From a virus, in IMG/VR virus record IMGVR_UViG_3300044639_001193, positions 1-64,000 of that record: a stretch of DNA of 64,000 nucleotides; one strand, 5' to 3'. The notes below the pieces were generated by a model, which saw nothing but the letters and a program-made list of their open reading frames with translations, had not been told where the DNA came from and did no database searches. Position numbers and translations under genes: made by a program. Positions 19,225 through 27,888 of the stretch are shown one piece after another. Every line of letters begins with the position of its first letter. Position 1 is the stretch's first letter.

Positions 19225-20585
19225 GTCTAGAGACAATGACAAAACTTGCCACTTATACAGTAGGTGCTGGTGGTGATAGTTCGGTAACTTTTTCCAACAT
19301 TCCACAAACTTACACCGATTTGGTAGTTAAAGCATCGGCTAGAACGGCTAGAACTGCAAGCACTATAAATATTTTAAACGTTACATTTAATGGTGTAACA
19401 ACAAATCAAACTGCTCGTATTGTATACGGTGACGCTAGTGGTCTGGCATCAACCACGGACACTAATATTTGGGGGCTTGTTGCAGCAACGGATGCTTGCA
19501 CTGCAAGCACTTTTGGCAATTCTGAATTAACAATTCCAAACTACACTTCAGCAAATTACAAATCAATGTTTTCAGATGGCTTATCTGAAAACGTTGGAGC
19601 AACCGCTTACACTGTACTTTCTGCGGGTCTTTGGTCATCAACTGCTGCTATTACCAGCATTTCATTTGCTTCATCAACAAGTAACACGTTAAAACAATAC
19701 TCAACTTTTACTCTTTATGGCGTAAAAGCAATGCGAAATGCAGTTGGTAACAAAGTTAAAGCAACTGGTGGAACAATAGCCTTTGATGGCACATTTGTAA
19801 CTCATACGTTTAATTCAACCGCTACTTTTACTCCAACTACAAACTTATTAGTTGACTACCTTGTCGTTGCAGGTGGCGGTGGTGGTGGTGGAAACCTTGG
19901 CGGAGGTGGCGGCGCTGGTGGACTTCGCTCAACAGTTACGGCAACAGGTGGTGGCGGGTCGTTAGAATCTGCTTTATCTCTTGCTAGTGGAACAAATTAC
20001 ACAGTCACTATTGGTGCTGGTGGTGCTGCAGGCGCGGCAAACGCACGAGGTGCAAACGGCAGTGATTCTGGATTTGCAAGTATTGCATCATTAGGCGGCG
20101 GTGGTGGTGCGTCAGATGCAAGTACAATTGGTTTAAATGGTGGTTCAGGCGGCGGCGCTTGCGGTACAGACGCATCTAGTGGAACTGCTAACCAAGGTTA
20201 TGCAGGTTCAACTAAGACACCATCAGATGCCTATGCATCAGGTGCTGGTGGTGGCGCAGGTGCTGTTGGTGGTATTTCATCCTTGTACAGGGCTAGTAAT
20301 GGAGGCATCGGTGTTGCAACATCCATAAGTGGTTCACCTGTGTATTATGCAGGTGGTGGAGGTGGTTCTTACTATAACTCTTCAACTCAAGGGTTTAACG
20401 GCGTTGGTGGAGAAGGCGGTGGAGGACGTGGCGGCAATAACCTCAGCACTACAAACTTAGTCGTTCCTACGTCAGGAACTGCCAATACAGGTGGCGGTGG
20501 CGGTGGTAGAGGATGGGCTACAGCAAGTAACAATATCAACGGTGACGGTGGTTCAGGTATAGTTATTGTTCGTTATAAGGGTTAA
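19221..20585 (+). CDS. glycine-rich fibre/adhesin-like protein, paralog C1
   Basis: Same architecture; ends GGSGIVIVRYKG. Confidence 0.8.
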   Translation: MSLETMTKLATYTVGAGGDSSVTFSNIPQTYTDLVVKASARTARTASTINILNVTFNGVTTNQTARIVYGDASGLASTTDTNIWGLVAATDACTASTFGNSELTIPNYTSANYKSMFSDGLSENVGATAYTVLSAGLWSSTAAITSISFASSTSNTLKQYSTFTLYGVKAMRNAVGNKVKATGGTIAFDGTFVTHTFNSTATFTPTTNLLVDYLVVAGGGGGGGNLGGGGGAGGLRSTVTATGGGGSLESALSLASGTNYTVTIGAGGAAGAANARGANGSDSGFASIASLGGGGGASDASTIGLNGGSGGGACGTDASSGTANQGYAGSTKTPSDAYASGAGGGAGAVGGISSLYRASNGGIGVATSISGSPVYYAGGGGGSYYNSSTQGFNGVGGEGGGGRGGNNLSTTNLVVPTSGTANTGGGGGGRGWATASNNINGDGGSGIVIVRYKG

Positions 20586-20633
20586 TAGATAAACTTTATT
20601 GTTATCATAAGACAATCGTAAGGAGAAAAACGT

Positions 20634-21005
20634 ATGGCACATTTTGCCGAAATTGATGGCGAAGGCACAGTCCTTCGTGTTCTAGTTGTTGCTGATGACC
20701 AGGAAGCACGTGGTCAAGAGTTCTTGGCTGACGACTTAAGTCTTGGCGGAACTTGGAAGAAGACTTCGTATAACACTGCAGGTGGCGTTCACGCTAATGG
20801 CGGAACTCCGTACCGCAAAAATTATGCAGGCATTGGCTTTAAGTACGATGCCGTTAAAGACGCGTTCATTCCACCAAAGCCTTTCGCATCTTGGATACTT
20901 GATGTTGAAACATGCTTATGGAATGCGCCAACACCAATGCCTACAGATGACAAACTATATGTGTGGGATGAACCAACTACATCTTGGAAGGAAGTAACTG
21001 AATAA
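20634..21005 (+). CDS. hypothetical protein (fibre module)
   Basis: AAGGAG SD; RKNYAGIG...DAFIPPKPF.SW motif. Confidence 0.8.
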   Translation: MAHFAEIDGEGTVLRVLVVADDQEARGQEFLADDLSLGGTWKKTSYNTAGGVHANGGTPYRKNYAGIGFKYDAVKDAFIPPKPFASWILDVETCLWNAPTPMPTDDKLYVWDEPTTSWKEVTE

Positions 21006-21235
21006 TGGCTGATACAAAAGTAATCGTAAACTGCGCCACTGGCGAAACAACAATTGTTGAACTAACTGCTCAAGAGATTGCAGACCGTGACCAAATGGCT
21101 GCTGCTGCTGCTGAAGAACAAGCAGCACGTGAAACAGAGGCTGCACGTGTAGCCGCTCTTAAAGTTAGCGCAAAAGCAAAACTCGTCGCTGGTGAGCCTC
21201 TCACAGCAGACGAAGCAGCAGTTCTTGTAATTTAA
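21005..21235 (+). CDS. small helical hypothetical protein (possible fibre chaperone)
   Basis: TAATG coupling; Ala/Glu-rich helix. Confidence 0.7.
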   Translation: MADTKVIVNCATGETTIVELTAQEIADRDQMAAAAAEEQAARETEAARVAALKVSAKAKLVAGEPLTADEAAVLVI

Positions 21236-21266
21236 TTACGCCCTTTTTTCAGTAAAGGATTCATTC

Positions 21267-21872
21267 ATGTCTATTAGACGATTTAGTACATCCAGTCTAA
21301 CAACTGGTTCTAAGTCGTCTAAATTCTGGGACCAAGAAACTCTTCCTGGTGCTTTTGAATCTATTGCTGTTGCTACTGTGACTAGCGGTGGAGCAGCGTC
21401 TGTCACTTTTAGCAGCATCCCTAGTACTTATACGCATTTAGAATTGCGCTCTCTAAACAAAAATACAGGCACTGGCGTTTCACCTAAAAATGCAAACAAT
21501 TTAATTATATTTAATAGTGATACTGGTTCTAATTATGCCAGTCATTATATTTATGGTACTGGTGCTGCTGCTGCTGTTGGAGCAAATGCCAGTCAAACAT
21601 CTATATTAGGTGGCAAGGGTGGTAATCTAAACGCTTCCTACACACTTTATGTAGGTTCACAAGTTACAAGTATTTTAGATTATGCAAACACAAATAAATA
21701 TAAAACTGTTAGAACCTTGACTGGTGCAGATTTTAATGGTTCAGGTGAAATATTTTTTGCTAGCGGTTTATGGATGAATACAAATGCAATAACCACAATT
21801 ACAATTACAAATGATGCAGGTAATCTTGCCGAGTATTCATCTTTTGCGCTATACGGAATTAGAGGTGCATAA
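21267..21872 (+). CDS. fibre-associated paralog A2
   Basis: Clear paralog of 17252-17884 (RFS...K...WD N-terminus, VTFSSIPSTY.HL, ILDYA, FALYG). Confidence 0.75.
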   Translation: MSIRRFSTSSLTTGSKSSKFWDQETLPGAFESIAVATVTSGGAASVTFSSIPSTYTHLELRSLNKNTGTGVSPKNANNLIIFNSDTGSNYASHYIYGTGAAAAVGANASQTSILGGKGGNLNASYTLYVGSQVTSILDYANTNKYKTVRTLTGADFNGSGEIFFASGLWMNTNAITTITITNDAGNLAEYSSFALYGIRGA

Positions 21873-23252
21873 ATGGCTGTAACAAGTAACTACGGTGCTG
21901 CACCTACGTATGTAAAAATTGCCAGTACTACATTGGGTAGTGCTTCTTCCTCATACACTTTTTCTAATATTCCACAAGGTTATACTGATTTAAGATTGGT
22001 ATGTACTGCCCAAAATACTTCGGCTAACTTCTATATGGAAATCAACGCTGATACTGGTGCAAACTATTCAATGACATATCTTGATGGAGATGGTTCAAGT
22101 GCTTTGAGTGGTAGATTTTCTGGATTAACAGTAGGTGCTTTAGTCGGAAGGTCAGCAACATTTCCAGATACGACTAATGTATTTGGTACCTGTCTTATAG
22201 ATGTAATGAATTATGCAAACACAACGACATATAAAACTGTTCTCTCCCGATATGGAAATGCAGGGGTCAATACTGCGGTAGCGGTAAATCTATGGAGAAG
22301 CACATCTGCAATAACACAGTTAAAGTTAGTAGCATTTGCTTCTAACTTTAGAACTGGCAGCACATTTACTCTATACGGTATTAAAGCCGCTATTGGAGCG
22401 CCAAAAGCAATTGGTGGCGACAGTATTACCACTGACGGTACTTATTGGTATCACGCATTCCGCAATACTGGTGCATTTAAACCTAGCCAAGCAATTACTG
22501 CAGACGTTCTACAGATAGCAGGTGGTGGTTCTGGTGCAGTTGATGACGTTCAGTTCTGGGGCGGCGGCGGTGGTGGTGCTGGTGGTGTTTCATACGTTGC
22601 CTCACAATCTTTAACTGCAAATACTTCTTACACAGCAACAGTTGGTGCTGGCGGTATGTTTGACTGGACTTGGCCTTCTGCAACAAAAGGTTCTAACTCT
22701 CAATTTGGTTCTTTAACTGCTGCTGTTGGTGGCGGTGTTGGTATAGGTAACTACTCTTCTGGACTTGGTAATGGCGGTTCTGGTGGTGGTGGTTTTTCTA
22801 GAATTACAAGTACTGGTGGTACGGCTACTGCAGGTCAAGGTAATGCTGGTGGTACGTCTGGTCAACCAGGCGGCGGTGGTGGCGGTGCTGGCGGTGCTGG
22901 TGGTAATGCGCCTAATCAATACAGTGGTGGTCTTGGCGGCGTTGGTACCTCAACTTACTCAAGTTGGGGCGCAGCAACTAATACAGGCCATCTAGTTTCT
23001 GGCGTTACGTACTTTGCTGGCGGTGGAGGTGGTGGTTCTGTTCCTTATTATGGAACTGTAGTTACTCCTGCTGGTGGTTCTGGCGGTGGCGGTGCTGGTT
23101 CAGTAGGTGGAATTGGCAATAAAGGTACTTCTGGTCTATCTAATACTGGCGGTGGTGGCGGTGGCGGTGGCGGCGTTAGTACTGCTGGCAGTGGCGCTGG
23201 CCCTGGAGGTAATGGTGGTTCAGGAATTATCATTGTGAGGTATACAGTCTAA
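21873..23252 (+). CDS. glycine-rich fibre/adhesin-like protein, paralog B2
   Basis: KAIGGD..TTDGTYWYHAF shared with B1. Confidence 0.8.
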   Translation: MAVTSNYGAAPTYVKIASTTLGSASSSYTFSNIPQGYTDLRLVCTAQNTSANFYMEINADTGANYSMTYLDGDGSSALSGRFSGLTVGALVGRSATFPDTTNVFGTCLIDVMNYANTTTYKTVLSRYGNAGVNTAVAVNLWRSTSAITQLKLVAFASNFRTGSTFTLYGIKAAIGAPKAIGGDSITTDGTYWYHAFRNTGAFKPSQAITADVLQIAGGGSGAVDDVQFWGGGGGGAGGVSYVASQSLTANTSYTATVGAGGMFDWTWPSATKGSNSQFGSLTAAVGGGVGIGNYSSGLGNGGSGGGGFSRITSTGGTATAGQGNAGGTSGQPGGGGGGAGGAGGNAPNQYSGGLGGVGTSTYSSWGAATNTGHLVSGVTYFAGGGGGGSVPYYGTVVTPAGGSGGGGAGSVGGIGNKGTSGLSNTGGGGGGGGGVSTAGSGAGPGGNGGSGIIIVRYTV

Positions 23253-24595
23253 TGGCTAGAGGTTATGAACTTATTCAAGCACAAACTTTAACTAGTTCTG
23301 CTGCTTCTGTTACATTCTCTAATATTCCGCAAAATTTTACTGATTTGGTTGTTAAGATGTCAGCAAGGTCAGTCACAGATACTCCTGCTTGTGTTGGATT
23401 TGTTCAATTTAATGCCGATACTGGTTCAAACTACTCATATAAATATATAAGAGGCATTGGTTCTGGTAGCGGTGATTCAAGTGGGGCTTCACCCACTACA
23501 AGTGTATATTTGTTTATTATTGCGGCTTCTAACGCTACTGCTTCAACTTTTAGTAATTCAGAAATGTATATTCCAAATTATGCGAGTGCTAATTACAAAT
23601 CAGTTTCAATGGATAGCGCATCAGAAAATAATGCTGCAAGAGCAGATGCAGTATTAACTGCTGGATTATGGAGCAGCACCGCCGCCATTACTTCAATAAA
23701 ATTATCAGAGGCTACTGGAGCCTTCGCCCAACACTCAACCTTTCAACTTTACGGTGTTGGCGGTACTCGTGCTACAGGTGGAACTATTACAGCAGATGTT
23801 AATTATACTTATCACACATTTACTTCAACTACGCTTTTTACCGCATTAGAAAAGATTAACAATGCCGATTTCCTTGTAGTAGCAGGTGGCGGTGGAGGCG
23901 GTTCTGACCGTGCTGGTGGTGGTGGCGCTGGTGGTTATCGTTCTTCTACAGGACAAACTTTCTTAGCAGGAACATCTTATACAGTAGTAGTAGGTGCTGG
24001 CGGTGCTGGCGGTGCTGGCGGTGGTGCTAACAACGGTGTTAAAGGTGGTACTTCTTCTTTTAGAAGTACATCTTCTACTGGCGGCGGCGGTGGAGGTGCT
24101 GGTACAACTGGTTTGATTGGCGGTTCAGGTGGTGGTGGTTTTGGACAATCAAATTATGCTGGTGGAGCAGGTAACGAAGGTGGTTATTCTCCAGTAGAAG
24201 GTTATGCTGGCGGTGCGTCTTATCAATCAGGAGCAATTTTTTCTTCTGGAGGTGGCGGTGGTGCTGGCGGACTTGGCCTTGCAGCAACAAGTGTTGGGCC
24301 AGGACACGGTGGACCAGGCTCTAACGCACATACAACTTGGTTAACTGCAACTGGTACGGGAAATAATGGTTACCTTGCAGGTGGCGGCGGCGGTGCTGGA
24401 GATTCTATGGCTAACCCAACTGGTGGTGGTAATGGTGGAATTGGTGGTGGTGGTACTGGTGGATTTAAAGCAGGAGTGGGAACTGCTGGAACTACTAACA
24501 CTGGTTCAGGTGGCGGTGGCGGCGGCAATAACCCACAGGTGGCTGGCGGTGCTGGCGGTTCTGGCTTAGTTATCATTCGTTACCCTAATACATAA
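23252..24595 (+). CDS. glycine-rich fibre/adhesin-like protein, paralog C2
   Basis: TDLVVK.SAR, TASTF.NSE..IPNY.SANYKS and ATGGTI shared with C1. Confidence 0.8.
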   Translation: MARGYELIQAQTLTSSAASVTFSNIPQNFTDLVVKMSARSVTDTPACVGFVQFNADTGSNYSYKYIRGIGSGSGDSSGASPTTSVYLFIIAASNATASTFSNSEMYIPNYASANYKSVSMDSASENNAARADAVLTAGLWSSTAAITSIKLSEATGAFAQHSTFQLYGVGGTRATGGTITADVNYTYHTFTSTTLFTALEKINNADFLVVAGGGGGGSDRAGGGGAGGYRSSTGQTFLAGTSYTVVVGAGGAGGAGGGANNGVKGGTSSFRSTSSTGGGGGGAGTTGLIGGSGGGGFGQSNYAGGAGNEGGYSPVEGYAGGASYQSGAIFSSGGGGGAGGLGLAATSVGPGHGGPGSNAHTTWLTATGTGNNGYLAGGGGGAGDSMANPTGGGNGGIGGGGTGGFKAGVGTAGTTNTGSGGGGGGNNPQVAGGAGGSGLVIIRYPNT

Positions 24596-24604
24596 GGAGA
24601 CGCC

Positions 24605-25138
24605 ATGCGTGGAAGTAAAGTCCAGGGGCGTTTTAAAATTGATTTTGAAAGCAAATCTATGGAAGAAGGCGTAACGGATGAACTCCGTGACCCTGTAGGT
24701 TCCCTGGTTAATTGGTACCAATGGGATGAACAAGCCTTACAAGATGACTATGAGAACTGGGTTGACCCAATCTACGATGTCTCTAATGAAGGTGTAGATA
24801 GCGGCCTTGCTTGGAAGACGCCAATTGAAGTGCCAGTAATTATGGCGCAACAAATTCGCGGTACTAACATCATGAACGAACGCGGTCTTTACACCACAGA
24901 TACATTGCGCCTAGTTATAGGTGTTAACGATGTAAACCGTTTAATCCCAGATGTCTTGGTAAACCCAACACTTCATATCCAAGACCGTATTGTCTTTCAA
25001 GATACTGTCTTTATCCCTACCCGTGTACTCCCACGAGGACGTTATGCCAATTTCTACAGCGTTGTAACTGTTGACCTTAACCAGCAGAACCCTGAAGAGT
25101 TGGTAAACTTTAAGACGTTCCAACAGTGGGCACGCTAG
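24605..25138 (+). CDS. putative head closure/neck protein
   Basis: Position before tail genes; beta-rich with QDRIVFQDTVF; function inferred. Confidence 0.5.
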   Translation: MRGSKVQGRFKIDFESKSMEEGVTDELRDPVGSLVNWYQWDEQALQDDYENWVDPIYDVSNEGVDSGLAWKTPIEVPVIMAQQIRGTNIMNERGLYTTDTLRLVIGVNDVNRLIPDVLVNPTLHIQDRIVFQDTVFIPTRVLPRGRYANFYSVVTVDLNQQNPEELVNFKTFQQWAR

Positions 25139-25152
25139 GAAAGGGAAGCACG

Positions 25153-25299
25153 ATGTCTTTTGAACCAGAAATTGATGAAGACCTATTTGACGAGGATTGT
25201 GATTGTAAAGGCAACTGCCTTTGCGATGATTACGATGACCATGCGTTAGACGAAGAAAAATTAGAAGACCTTGATGACGAGGATTGGGAGGATAGTTAA
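25153..25299 (+). CDS. 48-aa highly acidic Cys-containing peptide (not in the ORF track)
   Basis: MSFEPEIDEDLFDEDCDCKGNCLCDDYDDHALDEEKLEDLDDEDWEDS*; purine-rich SD; TAATG coupling to the next gene. Confidence 0.7.
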   Translation: MSFEPEIDEDLFDEDCDCKGNCLCDDYDDHALDEEKLEDLDDEDWEDS

Positions 25300-25484
25300 T
25301 GGCAACTAAAGCACCAAAACCTATTAAAGGCAAAGGTAAAGTAGAGAAAGTAATGAAGGAAGCCAAAGCAGGCAAACTTCACTCTGGCTCTAAGACTGGA
25401 CCTATCGTAAAGAACCCTAAGCAGGCTGTTGCAATTGCTCTTTCAGAACAACGCAAGGCTGACAAAGGCAAAAAGAAGAAGTAA
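25299..25484 (+). CDS. small basic protein (DUF6496-like)
   Basis: KVEKVMKE.K.GKLHSG...V.NPKQA.AIALSE pattern. Confidence 0.75.
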   Translation: MATKAPKPIKGKGKVEKVMKEAKAGKLHSGSKTGPIVKNPKQAVAIALSEQRKADKGKKKK

Positions 25485-25543
25485 TGATTACCAAGATTTT
25501 GCCAGCACCGTTGGCATACCCAAATGGGGGAGGACTAAAGACC

Positions 25544-25678
25544 ATGGCTAATAAAAAACCTGAATCTCAAAAACTAGAGATGGAAGCGCTTGAAGCCAAG
25601 CACAAAGTTGAAATAGCAAAGTTGTCAGAGAAACATGCTAAGTCTAATAAACCAGTAAAGGCAAAGACAAATGGCTAA
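25544..25678 (+). CDS. small basic hypothetical protein
   Basis: ATG 25544 follows GGAGG; the frame is open from 25484, so the start is uncertain. Confidence 0.55.
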   Translation: MANKKPESQKLEMEALEAKHKVEIAKLSEKHAKSNKPVKAKTNG

Positions 25679-25874
25679 AGTTATTAAAGCAGATGGCGAA
25701 AAACATACTATTAAGAAAAACAAAACAGGAGATGTAATCGTTGACCATGCTGGAAAAAAAGGTCCTTACGACAAGATTAACCTGACAAAAAAGGCTGGGG
25801 CTAAGACACTTACGCAAGGTGTTGCTGCTACCAAAAAGTGGCATTCAACTCACCAGTCTAAGAGAGGTAAATAA
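25671..25874 (+). CDS. small Lys-rich hypothetical protein
   Basis: Overlap-coupled 67-aa ORF. Confidence 0.7.
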   Translation: MAKVIKADGEKHTIKKNKTGDVIVDHAGKKGPYDKINLTKKAGAKTLTQGVAATKKWHSTHQSKRGK

Positions 25875-26032
25875 TGCCAAAAGCAACTACTCCTCCGTGG
25901 AATAAGAAAAACCCAAATAAGAAATCTAAGCCAATGTCTCCTGCAAAGAAGGCTGCGGCTAAAGCACGGGCAGAAAAGGCTGGGCGCCCATACCCAAACC
26001 TTGTTGACAATATGTGGGCCTCAAAAAACTAA
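25874..26032 (+). CDS. 52-aa Lys/Ala-rich protein (not in the ORF track)
   Basis: MPKATTPPWNKKNPNKKSKPMSPAKKAAAKARAEKAGRPYPNLVDNMWASKN*; GAGG SD; TAATG coupling. Confidence 0.75.
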   Translation: MPKATTPPWNKKNPNKKSKPMSPAKKAAAKARAEKAGRPYPNLVDNMWASKN

Positions 26033-26041
26033 GGAGATAAT

Positions 26042-26209
26042 ATGTGCGTTAAATGTGGATGTGGAAAGAAAAAGGGAGAACCTGGCTACGGCAAAGGTAA
26101 GGCTTCAAAAGGCATGTCTCCAAAACAGGCTAAAATTGCAGGGGCTGCAAAGCCAACAAATAAAATTACTGGGGATGACTTCAAAGCCCTAAAGCGTGGC
26201 AAGAAGTAA
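26042..26209 (+). CDS. 55-aa basic protein with N-terminal CxxCxC (not in the ORF track)
   Basis: MCVKCGCGKKKGEPGYGKG...KITGDDFKALKRGKK*; AAGGAG SD. Confidence 0.75.
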   Translation: MCVKCGCGKKKGEPGYGKGKASKGMSPKQAKIAGAAKPTNKITGDDFKALKRGKK

Positions 26210-26458
26210 ATGATTTCCCAAACTCAATTTGCTCCAGGTGGCGGTGGTTCTGGTGCTATGCCTATGAACCCTGGCGCTATGTCAGTAAGGATGACCCCTA
26301 TGGCTGTCTCTATGCCACAAGCACCACGGTCAGTCTTTGGGGGTGCTGGGATGCTTAAAACTCCAGACCCTGTGGGTTCTGGGCTTAGTAAAGCACTATC
26401 AAAATCAACCACTTCCGCACCAGGAGCGATGGTCCAACCAAACAAAAAGGTTATGTAA
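26210..26458 (+). CDS. Pro/Met/Gly-rich hypothetical protein
   Basis: Abuts the previous stop codon; 82 aa; low complexity. Confidence 0.6.
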   Translation: MISQTQFAPGGGGSGAMPMNPGAMSVRMTPMAVSMPQAPRSVFGGAGMLKTPDPVGSGLSKALSKSTTSAPGAMVQPNKKVM

Positions 26459-26461
26459 TCT

Positions 26462-26716
26462 ATGTCCAAATACACAAAGGCTTCAGATAAGAAGCAAGAT
26501 GCCAAGACCACTAAAGGCCTGGACAAAGAAGAAAAGGCTATGTTTGAAAAGATGGACAAGAAGCATCGTAAGCCTAAGTCCCAAGAGGATGACCGCAAGA
26601 TGGATGTTGCAAACGTAAAGAAAATTAAAGCCAAAGAAAAAGCCCATGAAAAGAAGGAAGGCAAGAAGGGCGAAAAGGCTGAAGACAAACGTGAGAAGAA
26701 GAAAGAAAAGAAGTAA
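26462..26716 (+). CDS. Lys/Glu-rich hypothetical protein
   Basis: 84-aa highly charged ORF followed by a terminator. Confidence 0.75.
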   Translation: MSKYTKASDKKQDAKTTKGLDKEEKAMFEKMDKKHRKPKSQEDDRKMDVANVKKIKAKEKAHEKKEGKKGEKAEDKREKKKEKK

Positions 26717-26721
26717 GAGTT

Positions 26722-26745
26722 AGGCCCCTACAAAGGGGCCTTTTT
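26722..26745 (+). terminator. intrinsic terminator
   Basis: AGGCCCCT-ACAA-AGGGGCCT followed by a T-run. Confidence 0.85.
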
Positions 26746-26850
26746 CTTTATCATAGGCATATCGGTAACTCGCTGCGAGTCCGTGTAGTTCCCAACTACT
26801 TGCGCTTTAAAAGGGGTTTATTTCATGCTACCTACATACCTGGTTAAGCA

Positions 26851-27159
26851 ATGAAGCACATCCATAGCGCAGTAGAACAAGCAGCCAAACACACCAGCCG
26901 CTACATGACTGGTCAACTTCGCAAAGAAGCAAAAGCAAGTGGATGGCCTCGCCACGTTGTTGGCAATATGGGCGTTGTTTACGACGATAAGCGTTTCCAA
27001 GTTCACGTTCACGATAAGCACTTCAATGAGGCTCAAACCCTTGAGTATGGCACAGAGCACAATCGCCCTACTGCTGCTATTCGCCGTTCTTCAGCCCGCA
27101 CTAAAGAAGCAGATAACTTCTTTATGGGAACTTTGCAAAAACTTGTAGGTGAACTATGA
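26851..27159 (+). CDS. putative neck/tail-completion protein (HK97 gp10-like)
   Basis: LEYGT...RP motif; position before the sheath gene. Confidence 0.55.
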   Translation: MKHIHSAVEQAAKHTSRYMTGQLRKEAKASGWPRHVVGNMGVVYDDKRFQVHVHDKHFNEAQTLEYGTEHNRPTAAIRRSSARTKEADNFFMGTLQKLVGEL

Positions 27160-27857
27160 CTTTTCTCCTATCGGAAGACGAAGCCTTAAAGAATCTTCTT
27201 AAAGGAATTGTAGTTACTGACCAGAAAGCCGCTGATACACAGCAAACTACCCGCAATGTAGATGTCCGTTTTGGGCAACCTGACCAGGAAATCTCTGACC
27301 AGAAGTACCCATACATCATCATTGACATGATTGATATTGCAGAGGACACAGCCCGTGCAATGCGTGGAATGGTTAAACCTGTTTACCTAGATGACCCAGC
27401 AAATATGCCTCCAGTTTCTGAAGGCGATGACCCAGTTGCTTACGACTCAGAAACTAATAACTGGGAAATGCACTGGCCTATTCCAGTAAATATTGATTAC
27501 CAAGTAACTACTTACTCACGTCAACCACGTCATGACCGTGAAATTTTAGGGCAAATTCTTACTCAAAAGATTCCAATGCGCTTTGCAATATTGGAACCAG
27601 ACGACGGTAACAGCCAAGGCATTGGCACTGTTCGTCGCTTAGACCTTCTGGATATCTCTAAACGAGATGTTACAGAGCAAGGAAAGCGTTTATTCGTAAA
27701 TGCTTTTACAGTCCGTGTCTCATCTGAGATTACGGAATCCACATATACCCAAGTATACAAAGCGTTACAAATTAACGTTACAGGCACAACTGACAACCCA
27801 GTTATTGGGCGTGGTCAGTTCACCGCCATTGACCCGTACACAATTTCGCAACCATAA
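27156..27857 (+). CDS. putative tail terminator/completion protein
   Basis: YPYIII and PVNIDYQVTTYS motifs; directly upstream of the sheath gene. Confidence 0.6.
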   Translation: MTFLLSEDEALKNLLKGIVVTDQKAADTQQTTRNVDVRFGQPDQEISDQKYPYIIIDMIDIAEDTARAMRGMVKPVYLDDPANMPPVSEGDDPVAYDSETNNWEMHWPIPVNIDYQVTTYSRQPRHDREILGQILTQKIPMRFAILEPDDGNSQGIGTVRRLDLLDISKRDVTEQGKRLFVNAFTVRVSSEITESTYTQVYKALQINVTGTTDNPVIGRGQFTAIDPYTISQP

Positions 27858-27888
27858 GGAACCCTTACCCAACTAGTTAGGAGAAATC

